Shown piece after piece: positions 10,256-20,791 of a stretch of DNA of 64,000 nucleotides. The notes under the pieces were generated by a model that did no database searches, was not told the DNA's origin, and worked only from the letters and a program-made list of their open reading frames with translations. This DNA comes from an uncultured delta proteobacterium (GTDB taxonomy: Bacteria; Desulfobacterota; RBG-13-43-22). A program made the translations under genes and the position numbers. The DNA is taken from contig CAWDKY010000015.1 in the NCBI GenBank assembly GCA_963802945.1, positions 448,001-512,000 on the forward strand, in the 5' to 3' direction. Each line of letters opens with the position of its first letter. Position 1 is the stretch's first letter.

Positions 10256-11643
10256 AAATTTCACAAAATAAGAACAAGTCAGGCCATGATATTGCCGGAG
10301 TCTTATCATCCAACATGTATCACCATTTATTTCCCAAACACCTTGAACTTGTTCCGCAACTAAGCGAGGTGTATGAGCTCCAGTTGGCTTTTTATGAGAG
10401 TCAGATTCTTAAAGATGAAGAACTTATTAGAAATGGAGCATATTTTGCCAGCGTTGATAATAAGTTTACGCGTCATTTTCTAATGTGCAGCGGGGAACCA
10501 GTTCAATTGCCACAGCACTCATCATCAAGGTTACGTTCCTTTTTCCAAACCAACCAGTTTAAGACCGGATATGGAACCCATGGTTTATTCCCTTACCGTG
10601 GAAAGTTCCACCCTCAAATGATTAAAGGGCTAATCAATATAATGGGACTAAAACCGGGAGATACTATTCTCGATCCAATGATGGGTTCTGGAACCGTTCT
10701 AATTGAAGCGCGATTAATGGGAATTAAGTCGGTTGGTATTGATGCCAGCCCATTTTGCCGGTTTATGGTCCAGGCGAAAATAGACGGTCTCACTGTTCCT
10801 CTCCCCCCAATCCGGGCGGCCTTGAAAAAATCTCGGGAAGTTTTCGAACATTTTAAAGCTTTGGCTGGGCAACCGAAACAAGGGAAAAAGATGCGGGTTG
10901 AACCGGTCTATGGAGAGTTGTTTTCCCTTATGGAACCCATGGCCGACTATGTGCCAGGTCCGGCAGGGGACAGTAATCTCCCAGAAGGATGTGAGGCCAA
11001 AGAAGTTTATAATTTTCTTCTTTTGGCTTACTTGGACAGTGCCGGTTATTCAGAAAGGAGTAATCGAAAATCCCCATATGATCAATTCAAGGCCATCCTA
11101 GAACGGTATCTTTTTGTTTCCGAAAAAATCCAGAAGGTTTTGCTTGGGGTTGAAAGCGAACTGGCCGAGGCGAAACCTTTAGCGGGTGATGCCCGATCTT
11201 TAAATTTTCCTGATTCAAGTATAGACGGCATTTTATTTTCCCCCCCTTACAGCTTTGCCATTGATTATTTAGAGAATGATTCTTTCCATTTGAACTTTTT
11301 AGGGGTGGATATCGACAAGTTAAGAGAAGAAATGGTCGGTCTTCGTGGGAGAACTCTCCGCCAGAAATTTGATAATTACAAATTAGATATGGAAAAGATT
11401 CTTTCCGAATGCAGCCGGGTGTTACGTCCCGGTCGAATCTGTACTATTGTCGTTGGAACCAATAATAATCAGCTAAGCAAAATTCTCGGAATATCTCCTG
11501 ATCATGTCCAAGGGATTGACGAATTGTTTATTGAACTTGGTGTCAACCATGGTCTTCATCTTGTCCGAAAAATTAGTCGGCAAATTACCGGGATGGCCAA
11601 TACCATGAGGACTGAATATATCGTCATGTTACAACGCCGGTAG
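10252..11643 (+). CDS. Amino-DNA methyltransferase, probably N4-cytosine, alpha motif order
   Basis: Motif I DPMMGSGT precedes catalytic FSPPY; THGLFPYRGKFHPQM; RVLRPG. Confidence 0.85.
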   Translation: MKISQNKNKSGHDIAGVLSSNMYHHLFPKHLELVPQLSEVYELQLAFYESQILKDEELIRNGAYFASVDNKFTRHFLMCSGEPVQLPQHSSSRLRSFFQTNQFKTGYGTHGLFPYRGKFHPQMIKGLINIMGLKPGDTILDPMMGSGTVLIEARLMGIKSVGIDASPFCRFMVQAKIDGLTVPLPPIRAALKKSREVFEHFKALAGQPKQGKKMRVEPVYGELFSLMEPMADYVPGPAGDSNLPEGCEAKEVYNFLLLAYLDSAGYSERSNRKSPYDQFKAILERYLFVSEKIQKVLLGVESELAEAKPLAGDARSLNFPDSSIDGILFSPPYSFAIDYLENDSFHLNFLGVDIDKLREEMVGLRGRTLRQKFDNYKLDMEKILSECSRVLRPGRICTIVVGTNNNQLSKILGISPDHVQGIDELFIELGVNHGLHLVRKISRQITGMANTMRTEYIVMLQRR

Positions 11644-11647
11644 CTAT

Positions 11648-12256
11648 TTACTGCATGGCCCGACCGTCGGTTCCCTTAGGGATGCGGGGGACGGACAGGC
11701 TGACGGCATCATGTTCAATGGCAATAACAGCGAGTAACCCTTCTTCGACTTTCAAAGCCTTCCAAAGAGGAAAATAGGGCTCCAGTTCAGGGAAGTTTCC
11801 AATTCGATCAGTGAGGTATTTGTACATATTCCTCGTTGGGAGGATCAATACTCCACCTATGAGGACTTTTTTAAGAATCCCAAGGGCCATCTTGTTCACT
11901 GCCCGGTGGCTGGAGGATATATTTCCGGTCTCCCATTCAACACAAAAAAGTCGATTTCCAACAGGATAGGTAGCATCCATCGGCCCTGGTTTTTTTAAGG
12001 TGGCAATATCAACATGTGTTTCAAGCCCCCAACCCAAAGATTTCAGATGTAGCATGCAGGCATCCTTTATCGGCTTAACCCCATTTCCTTCCCCTCTGCC
12101 TTTTCCTGGTTGATCATATAGAGTAAATGAGTCGGAATCGAGTGGCCATCGGATGGTCTTAATTGCTTGTAAGATTTGCCCTTCAATCGTCTTCCATTCT
12201 TTGGTAGCCGAGAATTCTCCGGCGTCAATAAGTCGCTCCACTTGTATAATTTTCAT
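11648..12256 (-). CDS. BamHI-family type II restriction endonuclease
   Basis: NGVKPIK, GPMD..VEWETGNISSSHRAVNKMALG, YLTDRIGNFPELEPYF, VPRIPKGTDG match recalled R.BamHI blocks. Confidence 0.88.
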   Translation of the reverse strand: MKIIQVERLIDAGEFSATKEWKTIEGQILQAIKTIRWPLDSDSFTLYDQPGKGRGEGNGVKPIKDACMLHLKSLGWGLETHVDIATLKKPGPMDATYPVGNRLFCVEWETGNISSSHRAVNKMALGILKKVLIGGVLILPTRNMYKYLTDRIGNFPELEPYFPLWKALKVEEGLLAVIAIEHDAVSLSVPRIPKGTDGRAMQ

Positions 12257-12519
12257 CAGTCACGTCTCCTTTCCAAATAATCGTCTTTCAGCAATTTCTT
12301 GGCTTGAATTTCAATGTGTTGAAGAAGATCCGAGGGGTTGATCTTGAGTGATTTAGATAATTGAAAGATCGTTCTAAGGGTTGGATTTTTTTGACCACGT
12401 TCAAGAAGACTTATATATGTCCGATGGTAACCACTCTCATCGGCTAGGCGCTCTTGAGAAAAACCTTTTTCCAAGCGAATTTTTTTAAGGACCTGACCGA
12501 ATATGTTTTCCAGAGTCAA
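12256..12519 (-). CDS. XRE-family HTH RM controller (C) protein
   Basis: FGQVLKKIRLEKGFSQERLADESGYHRTYISLLERGQKNPTL; coupled upstream of the REase. Confidence 0.85.
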   Translation of the reverse strand: MTLENIFGQVLKKIRLEKGFSQERLADESGYHRTYISLLERGQKNPTLRTIFQLSKSLKINPSDLLQHIEIQAKKLLKDDYLERRRD

Positions 12520-12574
12520 GGGAACCCTCCTCGTAAGTGTAAATTGTTATTCTGTCGAATGTTAAGTTTTTGCA

Positions 12575-12600
12575 GATTATATGTCTACAGACTATAGTAT
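12575..12600 (-). promoter_or_regulatory. C-box operator (PvuII/BamHI type)
   Basis: Minus strand ATACTATAGTC-TGTA-GACATATAATC resembles GACT-N3-AGTC-TGTA-GACT-N3-AGTC, ~55 nt upstream of the C gene. Confidence 0.75.
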
Positions 12601-12778
12601 TCACTTAAAACTAGACTTACTGATCTTTAATTGTTTAGAGTGAGAAAAAGAGGAAACGTTTTACGTAGCCGAACTTTGAGGAATGGGTATTTATTAGGAG
12701 GGAGTCAAAAAAAGAAAGATCGGAGTTGAAAGTTCAGAGAAAAAGATAACAAATGAAATGTGACAATATATGCTTAAG

Positions 12779-14380
12779 TCAAGTCACAAAGAAATCCGCC
12801 TTATTATTATGCGTCCAGTACCAAAGGAAGCCATGTTCCTCTTGTTTGACTTTGATATAGCCGGCATCCCAAAAATGTTTTAAGGTCTTGTGGATCAGTT
12901 GGCTATCGAAGCCGGTCGCTTCTTCCATCTTTCTACACAGCAGATCAAACGTAGTTTCAGGCCCGCCGTTTGGCGAATCCATCACAAAGGCCCCGCAGGC
13001 TTCTAACAGGTCTTCTGAAAGGATCTTATAGACCAGCTGCATCCTGAAATGTCCCGCCACCCTTAAATTATCCTCGGGGGTATTGGTGTTATCATGATAC
13101 CCTTGAACCTGTTTTTCCCATGCCTCCTGAATTTCCTGGTCAAATTCAGCCACGAATTGATTCATAGCTTCAGGGGTTAGGGCTGATGTCCTGACTATGG
13201 CACTGTTGGCATCATAATGGGCCCAGTCATCCGTTAGGATTTCAAGATCGTACTGATCAATCTGTTCTCTGACCGTTGTACCGGGGAAAGGGGCCAAAAA
13301 ATGATATCCGAAGATCATGTCGAGACTCTTTGAAAAGGCCGCCGTATCTTTCAAGGTTTCAGGCGTTTCTCCCGGCAGGCCGACCATGAAAGAGGCGTGA
13401 GGCAAGATCCCTACTTCTTTACAAAGGCTGACGGCCTTTCTGGCCTGATCGAGAGTGATCCCTTTTTTAACGCGCTTCAACATGTCCGGGTTTCCAGATT
13501 CAATGCCGAAACTGACACAATCACATCCGGTCTCCCGCATCAACTGCAGGGTCTCTTTGTCCACGGTGTTGACCCGCGAAAAGGCCGTCCAGCTAAAGGA
13601 AAGCTTCCGCCTGCGAATTTCTTCACAGACCTCATGAACTTTTCCCTTGTCGGAGGTAAACAGGTCGTCGGCCAGGTTGATCCGGGAAAAACCATAAGAC
13701 AGAATCTGTTCGATTTCATCCACGACCAGAGAGGCCTTTCGGGAGCGGGCCTTGCTACCCACCATTTTTCTGCCCTGGCAAAAAATGCAGGAATAGGGAC
13801 AGCCCCGGCCGGTGATCATGGAAACCGGAAATCCGAGGGCTTGATAACGGGACATGGGCAGCAGATGCCGCGCCGGCATGGGAAGTGTGTTCAAATCTTG
13901 GATCAGCTCCCGCTTCCCGGTTTGAATGATCTTTCCGTTTTCCCGGAAGGCGATACCGTAGATGTCCGACCGATTCCCCTGACCTTGAAAATGATCTATT
14001 AATTCTGATATGGTTTTTTCCCCCTCGCCGATAACCAGGATGTCGATTTCAGGGTAGGTTTTCATGGTATTGACGACATCAAAGGATACGTGAGGTCCGC
14101 CCATCATGGTGATCAAGGAAGGATCGATTTTTTTGGCTGTTTGGACTATGCCGGCCGCTAATGGAAAATTCATGGTCACCGAGGTGGCCCCCAATATACG
14201 AGGTTGGAATTCCTTAAGCTCTCGCTGCAACTTTTCCGGGGTATATCGGGACACGATGAAGTCAATGACTTTCACTTCCGCCCCCGCCTGCTCAAAGGCC
14301 GAGGCGACGTAGGACACACCCAGCGGCGGTGAAGGGGCTTCTTCCAGAGGATACGGGGGGGCGACAATGGCGACTCTCAT
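12779..14380 (-). CDS. B12-binding radical SAM protein
   Basis: PPLGVSYVA and GGPH B12 domain; GRGCPYSCIFC; FGIESG. Confidence 0.9.
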   Translation of the reverse strand: MRVAIVAPPYPLEEAPSPPLGVSYVASAFEQAGAEVKVIDFIVSRYTPEKLQRELKEFQPRILGATSVTMNFPLAAGIVQTAKKIDPSLITMMGGPHVSFDVVNTMKTYPEIDILVIGEGEKTISELIDHFQGQGNRSDIYGIAFRENGKIIQTGKRELIQDLNTLPMPARHLLPMSRYQALGFPVSMITGRGCPYSCIFCQGRKMVGSKARSRKASLVVDEIEQILSYGFSRINLADDLFTSDKGKVHEVCEEIRRRKLSFSWTAFSRVNTVDKETLQLMRETGCDCVSFGIESGNPDMLKRVKKGITLDQARKAVSLCKEVGILPHASFMVGLPGETPETLKDTAAFSKSLDMIFGYHFLAPFPGTTVREQIDQYDLEILTDDWAHYDANSAIVRTSALTPEAMNQFVAEFDQEIQEAWEKQVQGYHDNTNTPEDNLRVAGHFRMQLVYKILSEDLLEACGAFVMDSPNGGPETTFDLLCRKMEEATGFDSQLIHKTLKHFWDAGYIKVKQEEHGFLWYWTHNNKADFFVT

Positions 14381-14386
14381 CGGAGG

Positions 14387-15109
14387 TTAATCCCCTTTCC
14401 TCGGGAATATCATGGATCGCAGCCATCCCCAAAGGGTATTGCCTTTGAGATTGTTCTTTTCCTTCTCTTTAACCTCGGCCGTAAGGTGGGATATGATCGT
14501 AAACCAATCTTCCCGGGTCTGCATGGGTCTGTCCGTATCGAGCTGTTTCAGGATGACGGCCGGATTACCGGCTGCGATCACATTGGGCGGGATATCCTTC
14601 ACAACCACAGCACCGGCTCCGATAATACTGTTGTCCCCAATGGTAACCCCCTTACAGACAATGGCGCTGTCCCCGATCCAGACATTGTTTCCTATCCTTA
14701 CCGGGGAAGACTGTCCCACAAACATGCTTCGATCATAGAGGTCATGCCAGTCCGCATCGGTGACATAGGCGCGATTGGCCAGCATACAATTGTCCCCGAT
14801 ATTAATTTCCGTGGCCGCACTGATCCGGACCCCGGCGCATATCAAACAATATTTTCCTATAGTGATACTCCCTTCTCCTGTCCTGTTAGACCAAACCGTC
14901 AATCTAACCTTATTGTCTGATGTGGCTATGATATTGGCATAATCACCCAGAGAGATAGGACCGCCATTCACTTCAACACACCAAGGCTTCATGATGGTCG
15001 TGTCCTTGCCTAACTCCTCAAATTGAGGGCGCAGGAAATGATTTACATACCATACTTCAAACCGGTGGCTCAGACGTTTGATGCTATAAGGACGATGATC
15101 TCTTTTCAA
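14387..15109 (-). CDS. Hexapeptide-repeat acyltransferase
   Basis: IGDNCML, DADWHD, VRIGNNVWIG, GVTIGDNSIIGAGAVV, GNPA. Confidence 0.9.
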   Translation of the reverse strand: MKRDHRPYSIKRLSHRFEVWYVNHFLRPQFEELGKDTTIMKPWCVEVNGGPISLGDYANIIATSDNKVRLTVWSNRTGEGSITIGKYCLICAGVRISAATEINIGDNCMLANRAYVTDADWHDLYDRSMFVGQSSPVRIGNNVWIGDSAIVCKGVTIGDNSIIGAGAVVVKDIPPNVIAAGNPAVILKQLDTDRPMQTREDWFTIISHLTAEVKEKEKNNLKGNTLWGWLRSMIFPRKGD

Positions 15110-15156
15110 CGGATATCTACCTTGTTTATTTCAGGAGGTCTTTGAAAATCGGGGGC

Positions 15157-16248
15157 CTATATTCTCTGTATTTGTTCGTGGCCAACGGAAGGCAAGTCCG
15201 GGGCAAGGGATTCTTCGGCTTCCCTGGTGTTCCAGAAACTATGACTGAATAGTCGGCTGGCCGGTGTCAACTCATTAAGTGCATCATAGGCCAGAAGCAC
15301 GGCAGCGGCCGTCCAGGATGTCTTTTCCTCGGGCCAGATGACTCCATCGGGAAAGGTCACTCCCATCCAATAGGAACCATCATCGAATTTCTTGTCCCTG
15401 AGCCAGCTGAAAACCGTTTCTGCCCGATTGTAGTCGCCAATAGCCGCTAGGGCTATTACCAGTTCGGATGTCTCGGCCATGGTGACCCAGGGCCGGTCGG
15501 AAACACACCGAACCCCCCACTCTGGCACGGTAAATTTATCCCAGAATTTATCCATCCTTTTTCTGGCCTCCATCCCAGTAACGGCGCCGCAAAGAACGGG
15601 GTAGTACCAATCCATAGAATAGCGGGATTTGATCATATTAAAATAATCGGGTTTATTCCTGATGGCGTCTCCCAATTTTTGGAGGGCCTTATCCCAACTC
15701 GGCAGAGATTTATCCAATAGTGAGGCCATGGAAAGGGCACACTTGAGGCTCATATAGATAGAGCTGGAACCCGTTAACAGCGCCATGGGATCGATAATCC
15801 CCTTGCTGTTTTTCGCCCAGTAAATCTCCCCGGTGGGCGCCTGCAGATTGAGAGCGAAATTAATACCGGCTTTTACTGTCGGCCACATGTGTCTGAGGAA
15901 GGCTTTATCCCCGGTAAGTAAATAATAATGGAAAACACCGACGGCTATATAAGAGGCCATGTTGGACTCTCTGGTGGTATCTTCAGGAAGGCCGTTACGT
16001 GTGGCTGACCACCAACTCCCGTCTTTGAGTTGTGTCTTTAACATCCAGTCATAGGCCAGGGCCGCTTCCTTTAAATACCCGGCAACACTAAGGCCCATGG
16101 CACTTTCCACATGATCCCAGGGATCTGTTTTCCCATTTAAAGACCAGGGAATTTCACCATTCTCTTTTTGAATCCCCGCTATAAAGGCTGCCATTTTCTC
16201 AATATCAACGGGTGGTTCCGAAATACTTCTGGAGACAATGAGTTCCAT
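15157..16248 (-). CDS. Prenyltransferase/squalene-cyclase-repeat-like protein
   Basis: DPWDHVESAMGL, QLKDGSW, ALLTGSSSIY, SRYSMDWYYPVL, WVTMAETSE, DGSYWMG. Confidence 0.75.
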   Translation of the reverse strand: MELIVSRSISEPPVDIEKMAAFIAGIQKENGEIPWSLNGKTDPWDHVESAMGLSVAGYLKEAALAYDWMLKTQLKDGSWWSATRNGLPEDTTRESNMASYIAVGVFHYYLLTGDKAFLRHMWPTVKAGINFALNLQAPTGEIYWAKNSKGIIDPMALLTGSSSIYMSLKCALSMASLLDKSLPSWDKALQKLGDAIRNKPDYFNMIKSRYSMDWYYPVLCGAVTGMEARKRMDKFWDKFTVPEWGVRCVSDRPWVTMAETSELVIALAAIGDYNRAETVFSWLRDKKFDDGSYWMGVTFPDGVIWPEEKTSWTAAAVLLAYDALNELTPASRLFSHSFWNTREAEESLAPDLPSVGHEQIQRI

Positions 16249-16254
16249 TTTCCT

Positions 16255-16378
16255 AATCCGTTTCTGCACTGGAGAACGATGCCCTTCGCCAATAAAGGGC
16301 TTGAATTGCTATCCGGCATTCTGGTAAATCAAGGGTGATTTATGACATCCCATTCAAAAAATTTTTATTATAAATTAT
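16255..16378 (-). pseudogene. Decayed C-terminus of a probable class I SAM methyltransferase
   Basis: Broken reading NLY..FFEWDVINHP*FTR...LIG..IVL resembles the tail of methyltransferases recalled to precede this prenyltransferase family. Confidence 0.35.
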
Positions 16379-16554
16379 TTTTTATTTTTTATCAATTAAT
16401 TAATAAGAATAGGGTGTAAAATTGAAGGGAAGCCTGATTGAGTAAAAAACCGTCCTGGTTTTTATGCAACCTATGGAGCAAATTTCAGATGAAAAAACCG
16501 ATCCCATTTACTTTTTATTAAACCTTCATGCCCCAGAGGGGCACCACGAAAAAA

Positions 16555-16666
16555 GGATTCAAGGGGTCAAGGACGCAGGGCGGCTGGGAAGGCGTGGAAG
16601 TAGAATCACTTGAACGGCTCGGTTGCACTCGTCGCAGGCCCTGAAATCCTCAAACCCTGGAATCCT
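16555..16666. repeat. Heptamer-armed palindromic element (GGATTCAAG...GAATCC), copy 1
   Basis: Inverted 7-nt-periodic arms around a core shared with 25338, 35315, 37701. Confidence 0.75.
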
Positions 16667-16675
16667 ATTTTCGTG

Positions 16676-18040
16676 TTAAAAGAGTATACCCAGACATTCC
16701 TGAAGGGATCCGATTCCGATCAATTCTATGGCCGGGTTCTTAGGCGTTTGTTCAAGGTTGTTTTTCGGGAGCAGACAACGGGTAAAGCCCAGTTTTTGGG
16801 CCTCTCTGACCCGTAGCAAAGATTGGCTGACGGCCCGTATTTCCCCGGTTAACCCCACCTCACCAAACAGGACCGTTTGGGCTGATATGGCACGATCCAG
16901 GAAGCTGCCGGCCAGGGCGGCGGCAATACCCAGATCGACGGCCGGTTCATCAATCCGAACGCCTCCAGCCACATTCAGAAAAATATCCTGGTTTAAAAGA
17001 TTAAGTCCGGCTTTTTTTTCCAAAACCGCCACCAAAAGGGAAACCCGGTTGGGATCCACTCCCATAGCTGTTCTCCGGGGGACCCCGAAATTGGTCTGAC
17101 TGACCAGGGCCTGGAGTTCCACCAGGATAGGCCGGGACCCTTCCAGACTGGGGACAACCACCGAACCGGGGACATTCAAGGGCCTTTCGGCCAAGAAGAG
17201 CTGGGAAGGATCTTTGACCTCTGCCAATCCCGAATCCTCCATTTCAAAGACCCCGATCTCATTGGTCGAACCGAAACGATTCTTGACAGCCCGCAAGATT
17301 CGAAAAGCATGCCCCCGTTCCCCTTCAAAATACAAGACCGTATCGACCATATGTTCCAAAACTCGGGGGCCGGCAATAATCCCTTCCTTGGTGACATGAC
17401 CGATCAAAAACAAGGAAGTATCCGAGTTTTTGGCCCAGACCATCAATCTACCGGCCACCTCCCGGACCTGGGAGACACTGCCTGGAGCGGAACTCATATC
17501 TCCCGAATAAATGGTTTGAATGGAATCTATGGCTACAAACCGGGGCTGGAATTCCTTCAAGATTTTAAAAACCGCATCCAACGAGGTCTCGGAAACAACC
17601 AGGACCTGACTTTGACCGGCCCCCAACCGCTCTCCGCGCATCTTGATCTGTTGGATGGACTCCTCTCCGGAAATATACAAGGCTTTTTGTCCCTGACCGG
17701 CCAGCCGATCCAGGACTTGAAGGATCAAAGTGGATTTGCCGATACCCGGATCACCGCCGACCAGGACGGCCGAACCGGGAACCACCCCGCCCCCAAGGAC
17801 CCGGTCCAATTCCTCTATCCCGATTAAGTGGCGCTTTTCATCTTGGCTGGAGACCTCTTGGAGAGGTTGTGGGACGGACTTCCTGCCAGGCCCTTCTTCC
17901 CAGGGATGATCTGTTACTGATCTGGAAAATGATTCTTCGAGCAGACTGTTCCACGTGCCGCAATCCGGACAGCGTCCCAACCATTTGGGACTTTGAAATC
18001 CGCATGATTGACAGGTATATACCGATTTATCGGTTTTCAT
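16676..18040 (-). CDS. radA: DNA repair protein RadA/Sms
   Basis: CQSCG..KWLGRCPDCG zinc finger, GGDPGIGKST, KNRFG. Confidence 0.97.
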   Translation of the reverse strand: MKTDKSVYTCQSCGFQSPKWLGRCPDCGTWNSLLEESFSRSVTDHPWEEGPGRKSVPQPLQEVSSQDEKRHLIGIEELDRVLGGGVVPGSAVLVGGDPGIGKSTLILQVLDRLAGQGQKALYISGEESIQQIKMRGERLGAGQSQVLVVSETSLDAVFKILKEFQPRFVAIDSIQTIYSGDMSSAPGSVSQVREVAGRLMVWAKNSDTSLFLIGHVTKEGIIAGPRVLEHMVDTVLYFEGERGHAFRILRAVKNRFGSTNEIGVFEMEDSGLAEVKDPSQLFLAERPLNVPGSVVVPSLEGSRPILVELQALVSQTNFGVPRRTAMGVDPNRVSLLVAVLEKKAGLNLLNQDIFLNVAGGVRIDEPAVDLGIAAALAGSFLDRAISAQTVLFGEVGLTGEIRAVSQSLLRVREAQKLGFTRCLLPKNNLEQTPKNPAIELIGIGSLQECLGILF

Positions 18041-18210
18041 GATTGCATTATTGTAATGCAAAAAAAAATAACTTCCAATTTTTATTTTTGAAATTCAACT
18101 TATTTTGACAACTCAATAAAAATATTCATAAATCAGCCACAACCCTAATACTAAGATCAATAGTCTGTCAGGGACCTGATTTTAAAAAGAATGCCGTAAA
18201 TAAAATTAGA

Positions 18211-18240
18211 TTGACATATTGTAGTGTTATCTTTTATTAT
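18211..18240 (+). promoter_or_regulatory. Sigma70-type promoter of the tRNA-Gly-rimP-nusA operon
   Basis: TTGACA-N18-TATTAT, 15 nt upstream of the tRNA. Confidence 0.55.
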
Positions 18241-18255
18241 ACGCTTCTTAAATTA

Positions 18256-18331
18256 GCGGGCATAGCTCAGCTGGTAGAGTACAAGCTTCCCAAGCTTGGT
18301 GTCGCGGGTTCGAATCCCGTTGCCCGCTCCA
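18256..18331 (+). tRNA. tRNA-Gly (anticodon CCC)
   Basis: Cloverleaf GCGGGCA..TGCCCGC-TCCA; anticodon arm CAAGC-TTCCCAA-GCTTG; GGTTCGAATCC T-arm. Confidence 0.97.
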
Positions 18332-18476
18332 ACTTGGCTGGAGCGGTAGTTCCCTTTTTGAGGTGGGTCTTCGCCTTTGAGCGCCAAAGAGGAGACCATG
18401 ACTTCGAATAGCGGATGAGTTGATATTTACCTGATTTTTTTTGCGAAGACAATATCAATGACTATTCTGCGTTACG

Positions 18477-18502
18477 AAGTGGGCCTCGGCCCATTTTTTT
18501 TT
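18477..18502 (+). terminator. rimP leader hairpin with U tract (terminator/attenuator-like)
   Basis: AAGTGGGC-CTCG-GCCCATTTTTTTTT just upstream of rimP. Confidence 0.7.
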
Positions 18503-18507
18503 GGTTT

Positions 18508-18978
18508 ATGAGCACAAAAGCTGAAGTCAACCTGGAACAAATAGAAAGAATGGTTGAAGCCCTTCTTAAAGCCGAAGGGCTGGAATTGATTGATCTGGAG
18601 TTTCGAAAAGAAGGGCGTGGCTGGGTACTTCGGATTTTTATGGATAAACCAGGTGGAGTGACCCTGGATGATTGTTCGGAAATAAGCCGGGAATTAGGTG
18701 ACCAGATCGAGGTTGATGAGTTAATCCCTCATTCCTATACTCTGGAAGTTTCTTCTCCAGGATTGGATCGACCTCTTAAAAGAGAAAAAGACTTTCTTCG
18801 CAGTATTGGGAAATTGATTCAACTTTCAACCAAGGTCCCTTTTGAGGGGCAGACCTTTTTTAAGGGTATTCTTTTGGATTACCGGACTTCCGATTGCCTG
18901 CGTCTGGCCGAAACCAAAAAAACCTGGGAAATCCCGGTCGCTTCTATTTCCAAGGCCCGATTGGTTTTTGAGGGCTGA
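18508..18978 (+). CDS. rimP: Ribosome maturation factor RimP
   Basis: LRIFMDKPGGVTLDDC, YTLEVSSPGLDRPL. Confidence 0.96.
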   Translation: MSTKAEVNLEQIERMVEALLKAEGLELIDLEFRKEGRGWVLRIFMDKPGGVTLDDCSEISRELGDQIEVDELIPHSYTLEVSSPGLDRPLKREKDFLRSIGKLIQLSTKVPFEGQTFFKGILLDYRTSDCLRLAETKKTWEIPVASISKARLVFEG

Positions 18979-19139
18979 AAATATTTCCATAATAGAGGCC
19001 TATGCTCATTTACGGAAAAGGTCACAAAATAGAAAAATTGGGCCAAGGATTCAAGGGAAGGGTTTTGAATTAAAAACCCTTGATCCCTGTTCCGCCCATG
19101 GCGGGAGCGAACCCTAATAAATTCAAGGAGTCAAAGACG

Positions 19140-20510
19140 ATGGCTTTGATACAGAAAAAGGAAAAAGAATTGGCCGGTATTCCTCCTTTGGAACTGAAGA
19201 GAGTTATTGATCAGGTCAGCAGGGATAAAGGCATTAACAAAGAGGTACTGATATCCACCTTGGTGGAAGCTATTGGATCGGCGGCCAAAAAAAAATTAGG
19301 CTTAAAAACAGAGATCGAGGTCAATTACAACGATGAGCTGGGAGAGATCGAAGTTTTTGAATTCAAGGAGGTCGCCGACAAAGTCAAGGACCCCAACACC
19401 CAGATTTCTCTTGAGGAAGGTAAAAAGCTGGATCCCGAATGTGAGGTCGGAGACAGCCTCGGGATTAAGATGGAGACCAGTTCTTTCGGTCGGATTGCCG
19501 CTCAATCGGCCAAACAAGTGATCATCCAACGGATGAAGGATGTGGAACGGGATATCGTCTTTGAAGATTTTAAAGATAGAAAAGGAGAGGTCATCAACGG
19601 CATTATCCAACGGTTCGACAAAGGGGCGGCCATTATCAACCTGGGTCGGACCGAAGCGATCCTGCCGATCAACGAACAGATACCTACCGAAACCTACAAA
19701 CAAGGGGATCGAGTCCGGGCCTATGTGCTGGAAGTGAAAAAAATCAGCAAAGGCCCTCAGATAGTCCTTTCCAGAACCCATCCCCAGTTTCTGGCTGCCC
19801 TTTTTGAAATGGAGGTTCCGGAAATTTCCCAAAAAATCGTCCGTATTATCAATGTGGTCCGGGAACCGGGGAGCCGTTCAAAAATTGCCGTGGTCAGTGA
19901 TGACAAAGATGTCGATCCGGTCGGGGCCTGCGTAGGAATGAAAGGGAATCGCGTTCAATATGTGGTTCAGGAGCTAAAAGGTGAAAAGATCGATATCATT
20001 TCCTGGAATCCGGATCCGGCCAAATTTACCTGTAACGCCCTGGCGCCGGCCGAGATCATTCGGGTTATCATTGATGAAGTCAATCGCTCCATGGAAGTGG
20101 TAGTGCCCGATGAACAATTGTCACTGGCCATTGGAAAAAGGGGCCAGAATGTCCGCTTGGCCTCCCGCTTGACCGGCTGGAAGATTGATGTCAAGAGTGA
20201 ATCGAAATATACCAAATCCATGCGAGACGGGTATCAATCTTTGCTGCAGATAACCGGGGTAGGAGAAGCCACGGCTGACTCTCTGTATAAGGGAGGGTTT
20301 GGATCGGCCAGGGAAGTGGCTGAATCCAATCTCGACGAGTTGGTGCAGGTTTCCGGAATAACCCCTAAAAAAGCTGAAAAATTACTAGAATCCGCTAAGG
20401 ACTATCTGAAAATTACGCAACCTAAAGACCCTCAGGTTGATCCTGAGGCAACCGAAGATAAGGGGTTGGGGACGACCTCTGTAAAAGGAGATGAGGTCCC
20501 AGTTGAATGA
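19140..20510 (+). CDS. nusA: Transcription factor NusA
   Basis: [38 protein letters not shown]; AAGGAG RBS before ATG 19140. Confidence 0.97.
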   Translation: MALIQKKEKELAGIPPLELKRVIDQVSRDKGINKEVLISTLVEAIGSAAKKKLGLKTEIEVNYNDELGEIEVFEFKEVADKVKDPNTQISLEEGKKLDPECEVGDSLGIKMETSSFGRIAAQSAKQVIIQRMKDVERDIVFEDFKDRKGEVINGIIQRFDKGAAIINLGRTEAILPINEQIPTETYKQGDRVRAYVLEVKKISKGPQIVLSRTHPQFLAALFEMEVPEISQKIVRIINVVREPGSRSKIAVVSDDKDVDPVGACVGMKGNRVQYVVQELKGEKIDIISWNPDPAKFTCNALAPAEIIRVIIDEVNRSMEVVVPDEQLSLAIGKRGQNVRLASRLTGWKIDVKSESKYTKSMRDGYQSLLQITGVGEATADSLYKGGFGSAREVAESNLDELVQVSGITPKKAEKLLESAKDYLKITQPKDPQVDPEATEDKGLGTTSVKGDEVPVE

Positions 20511-20791
20511 CTCATTTAATCGGGCAAAGGACTTGTCGGGTTTGCCGAAAAAAAAAGGACAAAAAGGAATTGTTGAGGATGGTCATTCTCGATACAAAAA
20601 CCTTAGAGCTTGATCCCAAACAAATCATACCGGGACGAGGGTGGTATCTGTGCCGGAGGGAGACCTGTCTGTCTGGCTTGAAGGCCGCCAAGAACCGGCA
20701 TAAGGCCTTTGGCCGTGACTTGGAGATCGGCCCCAGATTGAATAACTTTTTAATGGTTCCGCCGGCAGGGGGGGTAAATGGCCAAAATTAG
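20507..20791 (+). CDS. ylxR: YlxR/DUF448 RNA-binding protein
   Basis: RTCRVCR..K.ELLR, PGRGWYLC; lies between nusA and infB. Confidence 0.85.
   Translation: MTHLIGQRTCRVCRKKKDKKELLRMVILDTKTLELDPKQIIPGRGWYLCRRETCLSGLKAAKNRHKAFGRDLEIGPRLNNFLMVPPAGGVNGQN

Noticed and set aside
18256-18331. tRNA-Gly as integration site for the RM island
   Set aside because: No integrase and no duplicated tRNA 3' end seen; the island is over 5 kb away behind radA
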